This document shows, piece by piece, positions 37,401 through 51,192 of a DNA stretch of 64,000 nt. The notes under the pieces are model-generated. The model was not told where the DNA came from. It saw only the letters and a program-made list of their open reading frames with translations, and ran no database searches. Made by a program: the position numbers and the translations under genes. Every line of letters begins with the position of its first letter. Position 1 is the first letter of the stretch. Source of the stretch: Ramazzottius varieornatus (taxonomy: Eukaryota > Animalia > Tardigrada); the NCBI GenBank assembly GCA_001949185.1, contig BDGG01000001.1, positions 2,311,324 through 2,375,323 on the forward strand, given 5' to 3'.

Positions 37401-39107
37401 CGAAGGCAACGAACGAAGTGGACTTTGGAGCCCTGTCAGGCAAACTGTGCAAGATTGATTTTCACGGTGGCGCACACTTTCCTGTTATTGCCTGGAAATG
37501 TGCGTTACTTGGGAAAGCTATCTTGTCGAGTTTTCTTAGGTGGCGCAGGTTTGCAGTGTTATCTGCTGGTAAACAGTCTGATCGAGTTTATTTGACAGCT
37601 CCGTTTATCGAACGAATATGGTCTGTTTCAGAAGCCAAAGGGACGATGAAAGACATGGTCGAGCTGGCGGTGGAGAACGGCGTGAAGCAAGGGGCGACGG
37701 CGGCTGTCTATCCGAATTTTAGTAAGAAAGTCGAGAATACGCCCGCGATCTTGAAAGAGACGGTGGAGACGGCACTGGGACGGTTTCAGAAGGTGCGCGG
37801 ACAGGAATCGGACAACAGGGCCGAGGCAGCCGAGAAGTCCAAGGAGATGGACGAAATCTACAAGGCTGGATGCGGTCCTGGTCCTGGTTCGCCGCAGTCT
37901 GGCTTGTCGGCTGGTGACAGCTTCCGAACTTTGTCGGCGGAATTCTCGGATGGCGAGGCTGGATGGGACGTCATGGCGTCCCTGGACACAATCAAGGCGG
38001 GAGACTTCTTCGCTCCAGCTGAGATGACGGAACAGATCGGGGGTTTGGGTAAGAATTTTCTCGAAGCTGATAAGACTGCGAGAAAGAAGATTGGTTTCTC
38101 AAGTGGCGTACGTTGAATCGTCATTGGCTGAGTGTGCGCCACATGGAAACTTGGACAGACGACCTCGTTCAGTTTGTAGGCCTTCCGTTCGTTTACTGTT
38201 GCTGCTTTTTGCGTTTTTCACTTCAGCCTTTGTATTTGCAGATTTGCGAATTGAGGAGCCCATCGAAGCCTTGTCGGCTGTGGGCTTCAAGGAGGAGCAA
38301 GGGATCCTGCGCAAGTTGCTGGACGATTTTGGCGGGGACATCAGCATGGTATTCGATAAGCTGAACAAGCTCTCCAAGTGAGCAGACAAGCTTGACTAAC
38401 ATTCTTATCTCGAACCGACCAAACGTTAAGCCTTTGTTAATCCTACCCAGTAGTTTGAACTTCTAGCGTAAAACGATACTGCGAAGTTGTATTGCTTCCG
38501 ACGGCATTTTTTCCCCATGAATAATCGTTTTTTGTATACGGACAAAAATCCTATAGTTGTTCAACCAGTACGACTCTCGTTTTTCAGCTGTGTTTTATTC
38601 CTGCGTTTCTCTCGTTGTTCCTTTTTCACAGAGGCAAATTTGTGAAATCTCTCTCCAGCAGTGTGTAAATCTCAAAATCCGAACCAGTTTGACATCCAGC
38701 TTACATCAACTGGTACATCGAACGATTGAGCCGAGTGCATTGCGGAAGCATTGCTTCATTGTCAAAATGCTATGTCTATCTTTTCCAAGGAAGGTCCTCC
38801 GTGTTTTTTTCTTAGCAACGTGCCGATGGTCTATCGTGGTCTGTACGGGGATCGTGCAGGCCATCAAGAAAGCATGCTTATGTAAGTATCGAGTCATTCT
38901 AATTGGAATGTACATTTCGGTTTCATAATTATCGAATTTTGATATGCGGCGGATAAAAACGTATGATACAGATGACCGCTCCGTATATTTTAGATGGATG
39001 CAAAGAAACACCTGAAGGGAATATGGCGAAAATCCACCGAAACGTACGTCTCTTCTGTGTTGACGGTAATCATACTTCCTGATGGTGGATAATGATCACG
39101 GGTTTTT

Positions 39108-42100
39108 TTGTCTGTTCTTCATAGTCTGAAGAATGTGCGAAGTCAGTCGTTCAAGAGAAAGCCGTCGTCAGATGACCGTTTGAGTGAGACACTGTCCATT
39201 TCCGGCAGTGACTTCAGCCTACGCACAGTGGAGAATGTGGACGATCAGTTCACCAACAGTCTGGTGCGACAAGTCCGCTTTCGGTTTTACGAAAGATTCT
39301 CCCTGCAGACCATCGAGACCAAGTTCGAGCTGAATGATATTCAACTTCTCACCACATCCGAAACTTTAGTCAACCGCATCCTCGCAGCTGAACACTGCGA
39401 TGTAGAAAAGACCTGTTTATGGCTAGCACACCTCCTAGCATGGCGGAAACAGTTCGGTATCTACGAGCTATCGTTAGATGAATTCGACCAAACGATTCTC
39501 GACCTCCGGCCGTTAGAGTTTGTCCATGGAGAACATCAGGACATTTTGGTATGCTGTGTGGCAAAGTTGTTAAAGATCACGGACGCCATTGGAGTGGTCA
39601 GAGCCAATCGGTTATTAGTCTATCATTTTGAAAACCATTTTCGACATGGCGCAGCGCGGAACATCACCCTGATTGTGCATTTCGCCAGAGTGCCGTCGAA
39701 AGTGTGGAACAAGCTTAGTTACAAGCATCTCTTGAATGAGTTAATGTGTGGGTGTGTCTACTTCCGGTATCCGCAGTATTGTGAAAAGGTGCTCTTCCTT
39801 GATTGGGAAACGCGACTGGACAATCGGGCGATCTACCCCATGGTCTCAAGGGACTGGCCCAATGAAGTCAAGGCGAAAGTGACGTTTGTGGACCATGAAG
39901 ACGTTTCCAAGTAGGTAAATACACAACCCGCAAATACTGTATCACCTATTCCAAATTAGAACAAATTGCAAGCTCGTAAACGAACTCAGCAAGATCGCTT
40001 TTCCAAGTGGCGCACGCTTTCGCTCAGTGACACCGAAAACGTGAGCCACTCTTGTCCACTCTTCAAAACAGTCCTGTCGGGTTCGTTTGCCGTGCTCCCA
40101 ATTTTTGCTTCGAGTAAGCAATTGATTGCTCACTTGGGAGTGTTTCGTTTAGGACAGCTCCTGAAAAGCATGCTTCGCCGGAGGAACTCTGTCTACAGAG
40201 CGTACTCTTCCTTCTGTCGGAACCTCCGCCTTCGACTTTCGCAACTCAAGACAAAGCAAGTGCCGATGGTGTTGTGAGCGAGAGCGGTACTGACAGCACA
40301 CCGATTAATGTTTCAAGTTCTCGACTTCCGGGTGTCAGCTTCTCCAACGAGACGGAGACATCTGGCACGGCAGAGTCCGGTGCGACGCCCAGTATAATAT
40401 CGCTCCCTTCCGGTCTATCCACGGTCCCGCCTAGTAGGAGTATGACATCGCGATCGGAAACTGATCGAGAACATTCGGTAGACCTCTTTGTGCCGTCATC
40501 TGTCCAGGACCGACCATTGAACAGCCGTCTTCAGGTAGATTCGAGCTTCCGTTCGCTTGAATCAATTCGTTACTTGGGTTGGCTATTCGTCTGTTTTTGG
40601 TGGTAGGATAAAAAAGATTCGTCTAGTGAGCCGGGACCGAAACGCGACACGGACATCTCGCTCGGCGAAAGGGAAGCATACAGCGAACCGGGTAAGCTAC
40701 CTGGTCAGAGCAGCGACGGCAAAGCTGGAGCCAATACCTCACCGAAGAAGAGCCTGCCGAAGTTCAGGGAGAGAAAGTCCAACGAAGTGCCCGACAGCAG
40801 AACATTGCTCAAGAACAGCCGAGAAATCACCAAGAGTAAGGTGTCCATAGCGAGCTCCGCTGGCTTCTCCCTTCAGGCGATTCCCCCCGGAAGTCTGCCC
40901 ATTGGTGAGTTCACCGATGTCACAGACAAGAACATTTTACCGCTGATCTCGCACTCGACTTTGGGTGACAGCGAGACACGTAAAGGATCTACAAAAAAGC
41001 AGGAAGATCCGCAAGACAGTAAGAGTTACGAGGACTCTGAGTTTTCCGCAACGGAGGTTCGACCTGGCTCAGTGAAGGACAGAATCAGTGTGATGACCAA
41101 CCAGAGTTTAGCCACCAACACCCGACAGGCCCCGTCGCCCAACGGTTCTCTGAAGGGCTGTTTGCTATCGAGAGTCATGAGACCGAAAGAACAAAGCTCC
41201 AGGAAGGAGAAAGAGGTGGAAAAGACAAGCAGCGGAACTTCACTACGGAAGAAGCCTTCTCCGGCGGAAATGCTCTTTACGGTGGCGCCCTTCGCCGAAG
41301 GCATAGTGCATCATGGCGGCACGCCGCACCTGCCATCGGCGGAAAAACCTCAGCTGGATTCACCATCCCAAGGCAAAGAACCGAAAAAAACCACGGACAA
41401 GGATACCGGAGAAGTTCAGCCACAAAACAGCAGTGAGAAGAGCCTTCGCAGAGAGGCTTTGTTTCAACGACCTGCAACAGCTCCTGATGGAAACGGTAAC
41501 AGTACCACGAGGCCGTTGAGTTCTTTCCGTTCAGTGCAGTCTGATATCGGTTCCAAAAACAGTTCCAAAGACCTTCCCAGACGAGAAACGAACCGAAGTG
41601 GCTTCCATCCGGGGAGTTATTTTGGAGTCCACCAGGAAAAAGAACAGAGAGAAATGTCTGATGAATCGAGTTATGGACGTTCTGATGATGATGATTTTTA
41701 CCATCAGGACCTCAACGGTAGACCTGTCCCACAGCTGATCCACGATGTTCCTCCACAGTTCTCCGATACTAATGGGCACATGTCCGATCGCTCATCCGAA
41801 GGAGGGCGGCAAAACAGCAAGAACGCGGCGGTTTCGAACGCAGGCGCAGAACCTTTGCCGCCGAACCCGTCTACCTCTCCAGCATCATCGGCAACCTCAC
41901 GTACATCCGTTCATAGAATACATCGCACTCCTGAGCTTAGTTCCTACGCCGAAAACCGTCACCAAAAACGAGCCGAAGGTGAATAAATCCAGAAAAACTT
42001 GTCAAGATCATTAATCGCTTGTCCTATTATCGATATCATGAATTCATGATGAAACTGATTTACCTGGCAGTCACTCGGCTTCTTCTTTCTCCATTTTCTA

Positions 42101-44100
42101 AGAGGCTTCCATTTTCTGAGAGGCTTCTTACGGCGTTTTTCTACGATCTGTAGACCTGTTTTCCATTTTTTGCTTTTTTTCAAGGTGGCCAGTCGCGCTT
42201 TGGCACATCGGCCCTTGACAGCCACCGGAGCTCCGTAAATTCCCTCCCGCGGTCAACCATTAGCTTTCCTGACCGTCAAGCTCCACCTTCCACTGAGCGC
42301 GCCGAAGAAAGACCCCGCTCGGAACAGGACCACAGAAGCAACGAGCAGAAGAAGCTTTACGCCCACCACGAAGCTGCCTACCGAGATCCACGCTCGATGC
42401 CCATCAACGAGTCCTCTTCAGCTGAAGCCTTCAACAACGAGTCTGCTATGAGCTGGGCCACAGTATCGTCAAGTCATCTTCAAAATCAGTACCAATACAC
42501 CAGCAGGCCGCCACCTCCAAGATTCAGCGCCGCTTCGCCGTCTGCCAGCTACTATCCAACCCAAGCACCCAAGCAGTACCAGGAATATCCACACCATGCC
42601 TTTCCGGATAACAACCACTACAAGTACCAAGACTCGCACCATCGCCATGAGGAACACGAAAAGCACAGCATGTACATGCCCGAACACGAGGCGTACATAA
42701 CACCTGGGTTCGAAAGCGATTACGACCGACAAGTCCGCTTCGCCCAAATGGGTCATAACAGACACAGTCCACGAGTTCATTACTTCGAAACACAGGCTGG
42801 CTACCCGGTCCCTTACGGACATCGAATGCAAAGCGGCAACACTCCACAAAGGGATTCATGGGAAGGTTCTTCGGTCGATCTACCACCGAACGCCGATTAT
42901 CCGGTCCCCCAAAGCTACAGAGAGCACTTCGCGTTCCAACAACTGAATCGATATCCGGCAGAAGGTCCTCAAACAAGTCGCGCTAGCTTCTCGAACAGGA
43001 AAATTTCCGGAACAACAGTAGAAACGGACAATGACGGCGCTACAACGGAGCTGGAAAGGAGACGCGGTGTTTCGTTGCCCCCGGAAGTGATCTACCTGCC
43101 ACCTCCGCCCAAAGAAACAAAGGACGCCACGACCAGTACACCTCGTACCCGACTTCGTTCCAAGACTAGCCTGTCTGCCGAAGAGTCTTCCGTAACCAGC
43201 GGAGATAGTTTCAAGGCCAGATCTATCTCTAAAGCTTCGAGAATATCTGACAGTGTCAAGTCGGCTGTGGCCACTGTCTTTCTGCCCATTCAACGTAGCG
43301 TGTCTGACCACTTCCTCACGTCTGACAGAGCAGTCCGCAGTGCGGTGGAGAAGACTTATCGAAGAGGAGTGCGTGTGGCAAAGTTCTTCAGTAATCTTGA
43401 ATCTCCACTTACTCGAGCAAGAGAGACCTTGAAACTGCTACTTTCCGCCATTTTTAATTTGGTATTGAGGCACAAATGGATACCGTTGCTGATCGTTGCC
43501 TATTTCCTGAGACCTACGATAGAGTCCGCAGCCCCGAGTGTGGTGTCGTACCTAAACTCGTGGAGAGGTTCGGTGAGAAATACAGCGCTTCCACCTGTTG
43601 TTCCATCATCCCCTTCGGATCCCGTACCGTTCAGTCCGAGGGATTTGTTTTCACATTGGGTGATGGGTGGCAAGTTCAGAAGCGATTTGCGGACGAGACC
43701 GGTGGCGACACCTGTGCTGGAACCTCATACGGTTCCTCCAGCTCCTCGACCTGCTCCTGCACCTTACAAAGCGCCACCTGGTCCCGCCATGACTATTGAC
43801 AGCGTTGCCTGCGTTGATGTAAGGCTTTTTGTACTCCGGGTCAATGTACAGCGTGAGCTAACCGTGACGTTTGTCTTGCAGAGTAGCGGGCCGCGCGAAA
43901 TTCTTTCTGAATGGGCCATGGGTAGTTTGCTCCGCAGCGGCTCCAAGAAGCTGTGTGCGGATGCTGTTCGGGCTTCTCAGGCTCAGAGAGCTCGCCTACA
44001 GGGATCCCAGCCGAGCTCTGAATGCTCTGCGTTTGATCCTGTTTGTATTTTTAATAGCTTGATCAATTCTAGACTGAACCCGTTCCAAACTGTTGCCTGA
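39108..44100 (+). CDS. CRAL-TRIO/Sec14-like domain followed by long Ser/Pro-rich disordered exons and a late hydrophobic segment (one or two genes)
   Basis: LVNRILAAEHCDVEKTCLWLAHLLAWRKQFGI and YPQYCEKVLFLD match CRAL-TRIO patterns; long ORFs 40787-41986 and 42397-44100 on the same strand with GT-AG junctions. Confidence 0.6.
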
Positions 44101-44722
44101 AAACTTTTCCTTTTCTTGACCAATCTTGAGGCAGGAGCCTTTTTCTCCTGCTCTGCGTTGGGTTGATCCATTTGTGTGTAATTTACTTCTCCATCTCAAG
44201 AGTTTTTTTTTGAACCGTACTTTTATAAAAAAAACTCCGAAAACTCATTTTCACATTCCGTAGAAAAACAAAAACGAGGAATATAAGGATCACACTGCCG
44301 TAAGTACGTCAAGCTGCCATAAGCACGTCACAGTAGCCGAAACTTCCGGGTAAATTTGGACAAAGGGTTGAGGCGAAGCAGGCGGGTTCCCGTGAGACTT
44401 TCAGATCAGTAATATCCAAAGTTTGCTTTGCTAGCGCATTGATTCCGGAGCAGTCTGAGGGCCTATTGCATGCCTATAAAACGATTTCTGAAGTGAAACA
44501 TGACCGGGTCTCAGAAAGGTACCGTAGTTCGGATTTGGGATCGCATACCCACGAGCGAGCCACCTTTCGGCCGACATTAAGAAGGCAAACGCAGCGGTTT
44601 CCGGTGCATGTCAAACCTGTATCTGAGCAATCCGAAGTAGAGCTACAAGGATCATCTCTTCCGGCTGCTACAAGAAAAAAGCCGACGTGGCTACTTCAAG
44701 GATTGTGCAGATTAGCAAAAAG

Positions 44723-44842
44723 ACGCCTGCAACACCCGGTGTTCCCAAGCGGTCACCCATCTAAGTACTAACCGGGCCCGACGTAGCTTATCTTCCGAGA
44801 TCGAACGGGATCGGGAGCATTCTACGTGGTATGGTCGCAGGC
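44723..44842 (-). rRNA. 5S rRNA gene (single copy)
   Basis: Minus strand reads GCCTGCGACCATACC...CCGATCCCGTTCGATCTCGGAAG..AAGC...GGTTAGTACTTAGATGGGTGACCGCTTGGGAACACCGGGTGTTGCAGGC, with terminal helix I pairing and a TTTTT Pol III terminator at 44717-44721. Confidence 0.95.
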
Positions 44843-45791
44843 AACAGCTACTCAAACTTTATGTCTCCAAATTTAAAATTTGCCGAGCTGATAAAGAACG
44901 CAAAACACTTTTACTGTTGATTGTTCAGTCAACTGGTGATCGCTGCGTGGTAGCAAATTTGTTGTTTCCAGTTTCCACCATCCACGTACCACGATTCTAA
45001 TCACAAACTGACTTACCGTTGACCACAGCCATAGCGAAAACCACGAGAGCGAAGTATCCAACCAGAAACGCCATCATACAAAAATCGAAAATATGCTGAC
45101 CCCTCCCAGACTGTGAATAAGTGGCGATTGTTTGATTATTGTAAGTTTTGGACAAGTCACTTTGTCTCAAATGACCGCTACATAACGTCGCTTGTCCCGA
45201 ATAACATTCATCTTGATGAAATGTTGTTGATCAATACCTGAACTTGAAAAGAACATCTGACAGCTACAATTAGAGCAATCGGTGTTTGCTATTCGCCGGC
45301 AGAAACGGTGAACTGGGGCAGGGTGTCAAGTTGAACGGCACATACCTATGAGCCGGTGGATAGCCGCCGGTAAGATTCTTTTTGCCTCGCCTATCAACGC
45401 CTATTGCCTATCAAGGCCGGCTCAGCACTGGATTCAAATACGTTCCACAGACAATGTATAGGTAATAAATTACGCTGAGAACCGCAAGAACTTTGGCGCA
45501 ACACCTTTATAAAAGGTAAGTGGGACGCGGAGGTACCAGACAGCGCGAAGAGCTGCATCTGGTAAACTTGACCCATTTCGTTTTTCATTTGACGGAATGA
45601 GAAAATGCAGATGCTGATTTATGGTCTTGACCATGAAGCCAAGCCAGTTCACCAGCAAATTACCCACCGTAGCTTGACTATCAAATGTTAGAACACACGC
45701 GCGATCGGGTCTTGGTCAAGTGCTTTTGCCGATACGCCACCGCACCGGCGCTGGCTAAAAGTCCCGAATCAGGCTGCCCGTATTAGCCACA

Positions 45792-48112
45792 ATGAAGATT
45801 GCAATTGTGTGTTTCTCTTCCGCCTTCATTCCCTTGGCTGTGGGACAGCTTTTCTTGAACGATATCAATCTTCTCAACGATGCATCGCGGAAGGGATCAC
45901 AGCGACCAAACGTTCTTATCTTCATGGCAGATGATCTGGTAAGGCACAGAGTAAAAAGTCGAAAATCTGCAATGCTGAGTGATCACTAACTTTGAATGCG
46001 AATATTTTCAGGGTCACGCTGACGTTGGGTACTCGGAAGGGAATCTTCAAACACCGACGCCGAATATCGACAAGTTGGCATGCGATGGTGTAATACTGCA
46101 TCGTCATTACAGCGCCGCCCAGGGAAGTCCCAGCAGAGCCTCGTTCTTGACCGCCAAAAACCCCTTCACTGTCGGTAAGGACTTCTGCCCAAAGTCAACC
46201 CATTGCTTCATTCATCCCTGAAATCCAGACGGCGAAGGTAAAGATTGAGCCATCAATTACTCAAATCAGCAGAGAAATTCTTACAGGTATGCAGTCAGCT
46301 AACTTTCATGCGGGCGAACCCTGGGGTCTTCCACTTGCCTACAAAATTCAACCAGAATATTTCAAAGATTTGGGATACGCAACACACGCAATCGGAAAGG
46401 TATGAAAAATGAAAACTGTAACATTAGTCGCCTATGAGGAAGGACCATAATACCGTGATGTGCAGTACAACTGTCCGCTTTGTAGTGGAACCTTGGCGAC
46501 TCGCAACGAGCCTTCTTTCCAAGTACGCTTCCTCCACCGCTTGATACGAATTTCAAATTTCTTCCGCGTTAGATCGTACGTACGGTCCATTCTAATGATA
46601 GTAGGAGGCAGAGCGTACTTGTGGTTCCAGATAATCGAGGCTTCGATACCTGGTATGGCTTCTCGGCCGACGCCATCAACTACTTCAACTACACCGCTGG
46701 ATGGATCACACCGTTCCCCGTTTCCGGAAGAGCTCTCCGAGACCAAGGGGTCGCCGTTCCTGCTAACGTTACGAACAACGTATACGCACCTGACCTCTTT
46801 ACATCGGAAGCCGAGCAGCTTATCCGCGACTCCGATTCCCGAACCCCATTCTACATGTACTTCGCCACACCCGCACCGCATACCGCGTTCGCCGACTTCC
46901 GGGCAGTCCAGCACACCATGGCGCAGTTCGAGCTCCGCCCTGCTGTTGCCGCACTTTCTTCTCAGTTCCTCGAGCGAAAAAAGCAACTTGGTAAAAAAGC
47001 AAGACTTACACTTCCAAAATATTTCAATGATAAGAATAAAAAGAGAAGTAACTCTAAACAGAACAACATATGGGAGCCCGGTATACAAAATCGAGAAGAT
47101 TGCTGTCTCGAGTGCCGCACGCGTTTCAGCCAACGACACCGGAACCGTGCGCCACTGGGGAAAATAAGCTTGTCGAGTTTTCTGGCGGAGCTCCTCTATT
47201 AGAGAATCAGCTTTTCTCACCAAAGTCGTTTCTTTCTCAGCCGTGATTCAATCACTGGACGATTCCTTCCGACGGCTCGTGGAAGCCCTAACAAACAAAG
47301 GGATTATCAATAACACGATAATAGTCTTTCTCTCTGACAATGGAGCTCCGATTCCACAAACCGCCACCCACCTTCGCGGAAGCAACCATGGCTCGAACTG
47401 GCCGCTTCGACTGGGCAAAGGTTCCTTGTTCGAAGGTGGAGTTCGCACTTTAGCTTTCCTCTGGACGCCTCTCATACCCAAACGCGGACGCATCACAAAA
47501 CAGCTCTTTTCCAACACGGACTGGCTACCCACTCTCTACGAAGCGGTCGGCGGAAGTCTCAACGATCTACTCGCCACCGACGGACAGTCACATTGGCAGT
47601 CCCTGATCCGTGGAATGGACGACGGACCTCGGACCGAAATCGCTCTGAACATCGACGGCCTGAACAACCAAGCCGGCATGATCTACCAGGACCTCGACGG
47701 GAACCTCTACAAGTACATCAGCGGGGATGTGTTCGATAACAGTTTCACGGGATGGGCCAGAACGGAAGGAACCTCGGAAGATAACCCTATGACAGTCTTC
47801 AGTGCGGCGGCTGTCAAGTGCAATTTTCCACCAGGTGTGGAAGTCAGCCCCTGTCGTCCATGGGAAAAGCCTTGTTTGTTCGACTTAACAAATGATCCAT
47901 GCGAGGTGAATTCAATCGCGGCAAGTAACCCAGTCTTGGTGAAGCTACTGGCGCAAAAGCTTAGTCTGTACAACCAGACTGCCATACCGGCAGTAGCTGG
48001 ACCTTTTGACATCCGGGCGGATCCTGAAAACTGGAATGGAATATGGACACCGTGGCTGGATCCCCTGGAAGTCATCGACTCGAATATGGTGTCGTTCACT
48101 AATCTAAACTGA
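45792..48112 (+). CDS. Secreted arylsulfatase B-like protein, probably catalytically altered
   Basis: Signal peptide; RPNVLIFMADDL|GHADVG; TPNIDKLA; SPSRASFLT; GK|WNLG; RGFD; NNTIIVFLSDNG; NWPLRLGKGSLFEGGVR; CLFDLTNDPCE. Confidence 0.9.
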
Positions 48113-48737
48113 CGATTGTACAAGAATACCTTCTGTTGACATTATCATATTATTAACCAATAACTCTTTGTTATCACGTTCCTTGTTAAACTGAATTTTC
48201 AGCAAATCATATTTGGGAGGTGGTACGTGTCGGAATAACGTCGAAAGCAAGAGATAGCTTTTGTGGAGCAAAGCTTCGAACGAGATGAAAGGCGACCTCA
48301 TCCGAAATTTCCGAAATTACCAAAATTGATACTATTGAAAATACTTCCGGCTGTCGTAGTGGGGAACATCATCCGAGAGTCCCGACAGTCTTGCTGGCTT
48401 ATCCTGTACATGCGGGAACGAAAAGTCAGCCTGTAACGCATACCAGGGATAAGTATATGCTCAATCAAGTAAACCATTGAATCTTACGTAGAGGAACCTT
48501 ACGTAAGTTTGTCAGACTGAAATTTCGAAACACACGTCTCCACCGGAGACCATTCGGCTTGTTGTACGGAGTCCGGAACGTCCCCGCCGATGTAGCAATC
48601 GAAGTTGCTTATTAGGCTGTCGGTAAGTAATGCGTTATGATCCATAATTTGAACCCGCAATGTAGCTTTCTAAAACATGAAAGAACGGCTCCCAGTTTGT
48701 CCGTACGATGGACGAACAATACGAAACCTACTTACAA

Positions 48738-49713
48738 TTAAAGTTTGACCACAGAGATCCGCGCTGACCACCGTACTGATACTTGGGTTGTTAGTTCCAT
48801 CCACGGCGAAAACTTTAGGCATGGACTCCACGGCGAGCGTACCGGGAAACGGACTTGTCGGCTTGATCCTGCAAGTGGAAGAGACGGTGTAGGCTCCACA
48901 GCAAATAGAACATTAACCAAGCTAGAACCAGGGAGGAATATGCATATGAGTCTGTTTGGAGAATGGAGATCGAAAAAACAAAGACTGGATGTAGGGGACT
49001 CCGCCAGTGTTTTGGTATGGCATGCGGGAAGGTGTAAGTACTACGGCAATGAATTTGGCCCTCGATCAACAAATCACTCAAGGGATTCCAGTGGTTGTGG
49101 TTGGATTCCGTCACTGCGGAAATGGCCAGTTTTGGTGAGCCGCACTTGACAAAGCGTTCGTCTGAAGTATGACTTCAAAAATCAAAATTAATGAATTGTT
49201 GTCATTTCTGTGCTCCGAGATTTAGAACTTCCGGTGAGCGCAGGCTGCTCAGCTCCCTGAATTACAATGGCCAAAACCAGAAGCAGCAAAAGCCTCCGCG
49301 TTTTCTTTATGTTTTTAAGCTTACAGATCTACATATGCATAGACGATGGGATCACATTTCCCGCCGATATCACATGGGCTTCCATTAGACTGGACACCGC
49401 TCGGATTTTTCAGCTCGCGAATCTCGGCCTCCACGCGAAAGAAGTTGGGCAGGTTTGATGACTTTGGTACGCATATCTCGGAGCTTCCTGCCGTGTCCGG
49501 TGCGAAACCAAGAAGATCCTTGAGGACACTCCACAAGCCAGCATCTGCCAGTCCACAAACCTGTGTTCATGCGAGGACTCAACTTCGGAAAATAAAGTAA
49601 GTCATCTTTCACGCCCAGCAGTCCCGCTGTTGGACTGGTTCTGTTGTTCCCTTAGAAAAAAGTCTTACCAACAGTGTTACGAAGCAGAGAGTCGGGAAAA
49701 GACTGGATGCCAT
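48738..49713 (-). CDS. Small secreted protein, possibly C2/MNNL-like; structure uncertain and may be degenerate
   Basis: Signal-like MASSLFPTLCFVTLL exon; segment EIRELKNPSGVQSNGSPCDIGGKCDPIVYAYVD followed by a GT donor. Confidence 0.35.
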
Positions 49714-51192
49714 GGCTATTGAACCGTGGAAAGTCGCCCGAAGCTGTCGCACAAGGAGCCGGAAGTGGAAAACCCCAAAGGACTCAAGGAGTGATCGCGT
49801 GTACAGAGGTTTGGAAGAACCAGCCACGCTACGCGCTTGGGGTAACTGTGAAACCAGAAGGAACTCTAGGTAGAGAAAACGTTTAGTCCTACGAAACGTT
49901 TCTCTTGCGAATTTTTGGTTGTACACTGAGACAGTACCTACAGGCTACGCCGCTACAGCAGTTACAGAGGCATGAAACTTGGCGATCAGAAGGCTTCAAA
50001 TTCAGTCCGGTATGTTGGCGGTATATAACCAATGTTTACACGCAGGTAAAACAGCAGGGGTCTGCATAATTTTAATAATCCGCTCTCTGGTCGCAGGCAG
50101 AGAGTCTTGGTGTTGTGGCTATGAGCTGGCTGGTAGGGAGTTACCCGCATATTGAAACTGTACGAGATCCGGTAAGCGGAGTTCGTCACAACCAGCGGTG
50201 CCCAGTTTTTCATTCCGTCGTACGCAGAAACCTTTCTCGCTACGAGTAGAAATAATATAGAAACAACAAACGTGTCAGACAGAGGCAACTCGTTATAGAA
50301 AGCGAGGTCCCACGCATGGTTCTCTGATACTATAGGTGGCGCACGTGTACTCTGGTTGAGAAGTTCCAAAGAGGCTGGGTAGGACCACAATTCTTTTGCT
50401 TCGAAGATGGGTGTCTTTTTTCTCCAAGAATTACCTGGACTCTAGCGGCAGGATATTAGAGTGCCCTAGCGACATGTGGGATAGAAGATCGAGCCCATAC
50501 GGGATGACGTGCTTCTGCGCTGTGCACGGATCACCGCCGGTCCGAAGAATGTCTGTACTATAGCTGGGAGACCTTTTTTGCTCCTCATCCACGTATTTTC
50601 TGTTTCTTAGTTTGAAGTAATTACTCTCGCCTGCAGCAGAACTTCTCATCCAACATGGGCACTTCTCTCGGAAGCTAGCAGTTTCAATGTGGACACTGGG
50701 CTGTTTTACTGATTAAATGGAGTCCAAAGACTTAGTGGCCCATGAATGGACCTCACAGTTGGCGGCGGAAGTACTCTGCGCAGCCACTTCAAATCTCACT
50801 GCTGTTGTCCGAAGAATCATAAGCGCGGAGTTCATTGTCAAAGGAACGCTAGTTCTGGGCTCCAAACGTCTTTCATGGCTGGCAGGGTAATCAATTTTTT
50901 TTCGAGTCACTGGTGCCCGGCGAACAACCAGCCAGTGACACCGAAAAGGTGCGCCCACTTGGGAAAGAATCTTTCCAAGTTTGTTTGCCGAGCTGCCAAA
51001 CAGACTTTTGATGCTTTTTTGATACTTTGCTTTTTGATACTAAAATCCTGTTTTAGGCGGATAATAGCGCGAGCTTGCCGCTTTTTCGGTTACCGCGCTA
51101 TCGGGACCATTGAACAGCAGATTCACTCGTCATCGTCTCTCTTCTCGAAAGCTTCATCTCACCGTTTTCGGTGTATTGCGCCTCTGTACTTC

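Larger units (their letters stand above)
24546..38381 (+). pseudogene. Disrupted p62/SQSTM1 (ref(2)P)-like gene (PB1, ZZ, LIR, UBA) split by several insertions
   Basis: PB1-like MQPFKVFF/EGEVRRFKI...WKDSDNDSIHVTSESEF (24546-24930, frameshifted); ZZ VICDGC...CLVCKDFDLCVKCE..H..H (26545-26800); LIR-like SDGEAGWDVM (~37945-37977); UBA EALSAVGFKEEQGILRKLLDDFGGDIS (38265-38381); colinear with the paralog at 56.9-61.1 kb. Confidence 0.75.
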
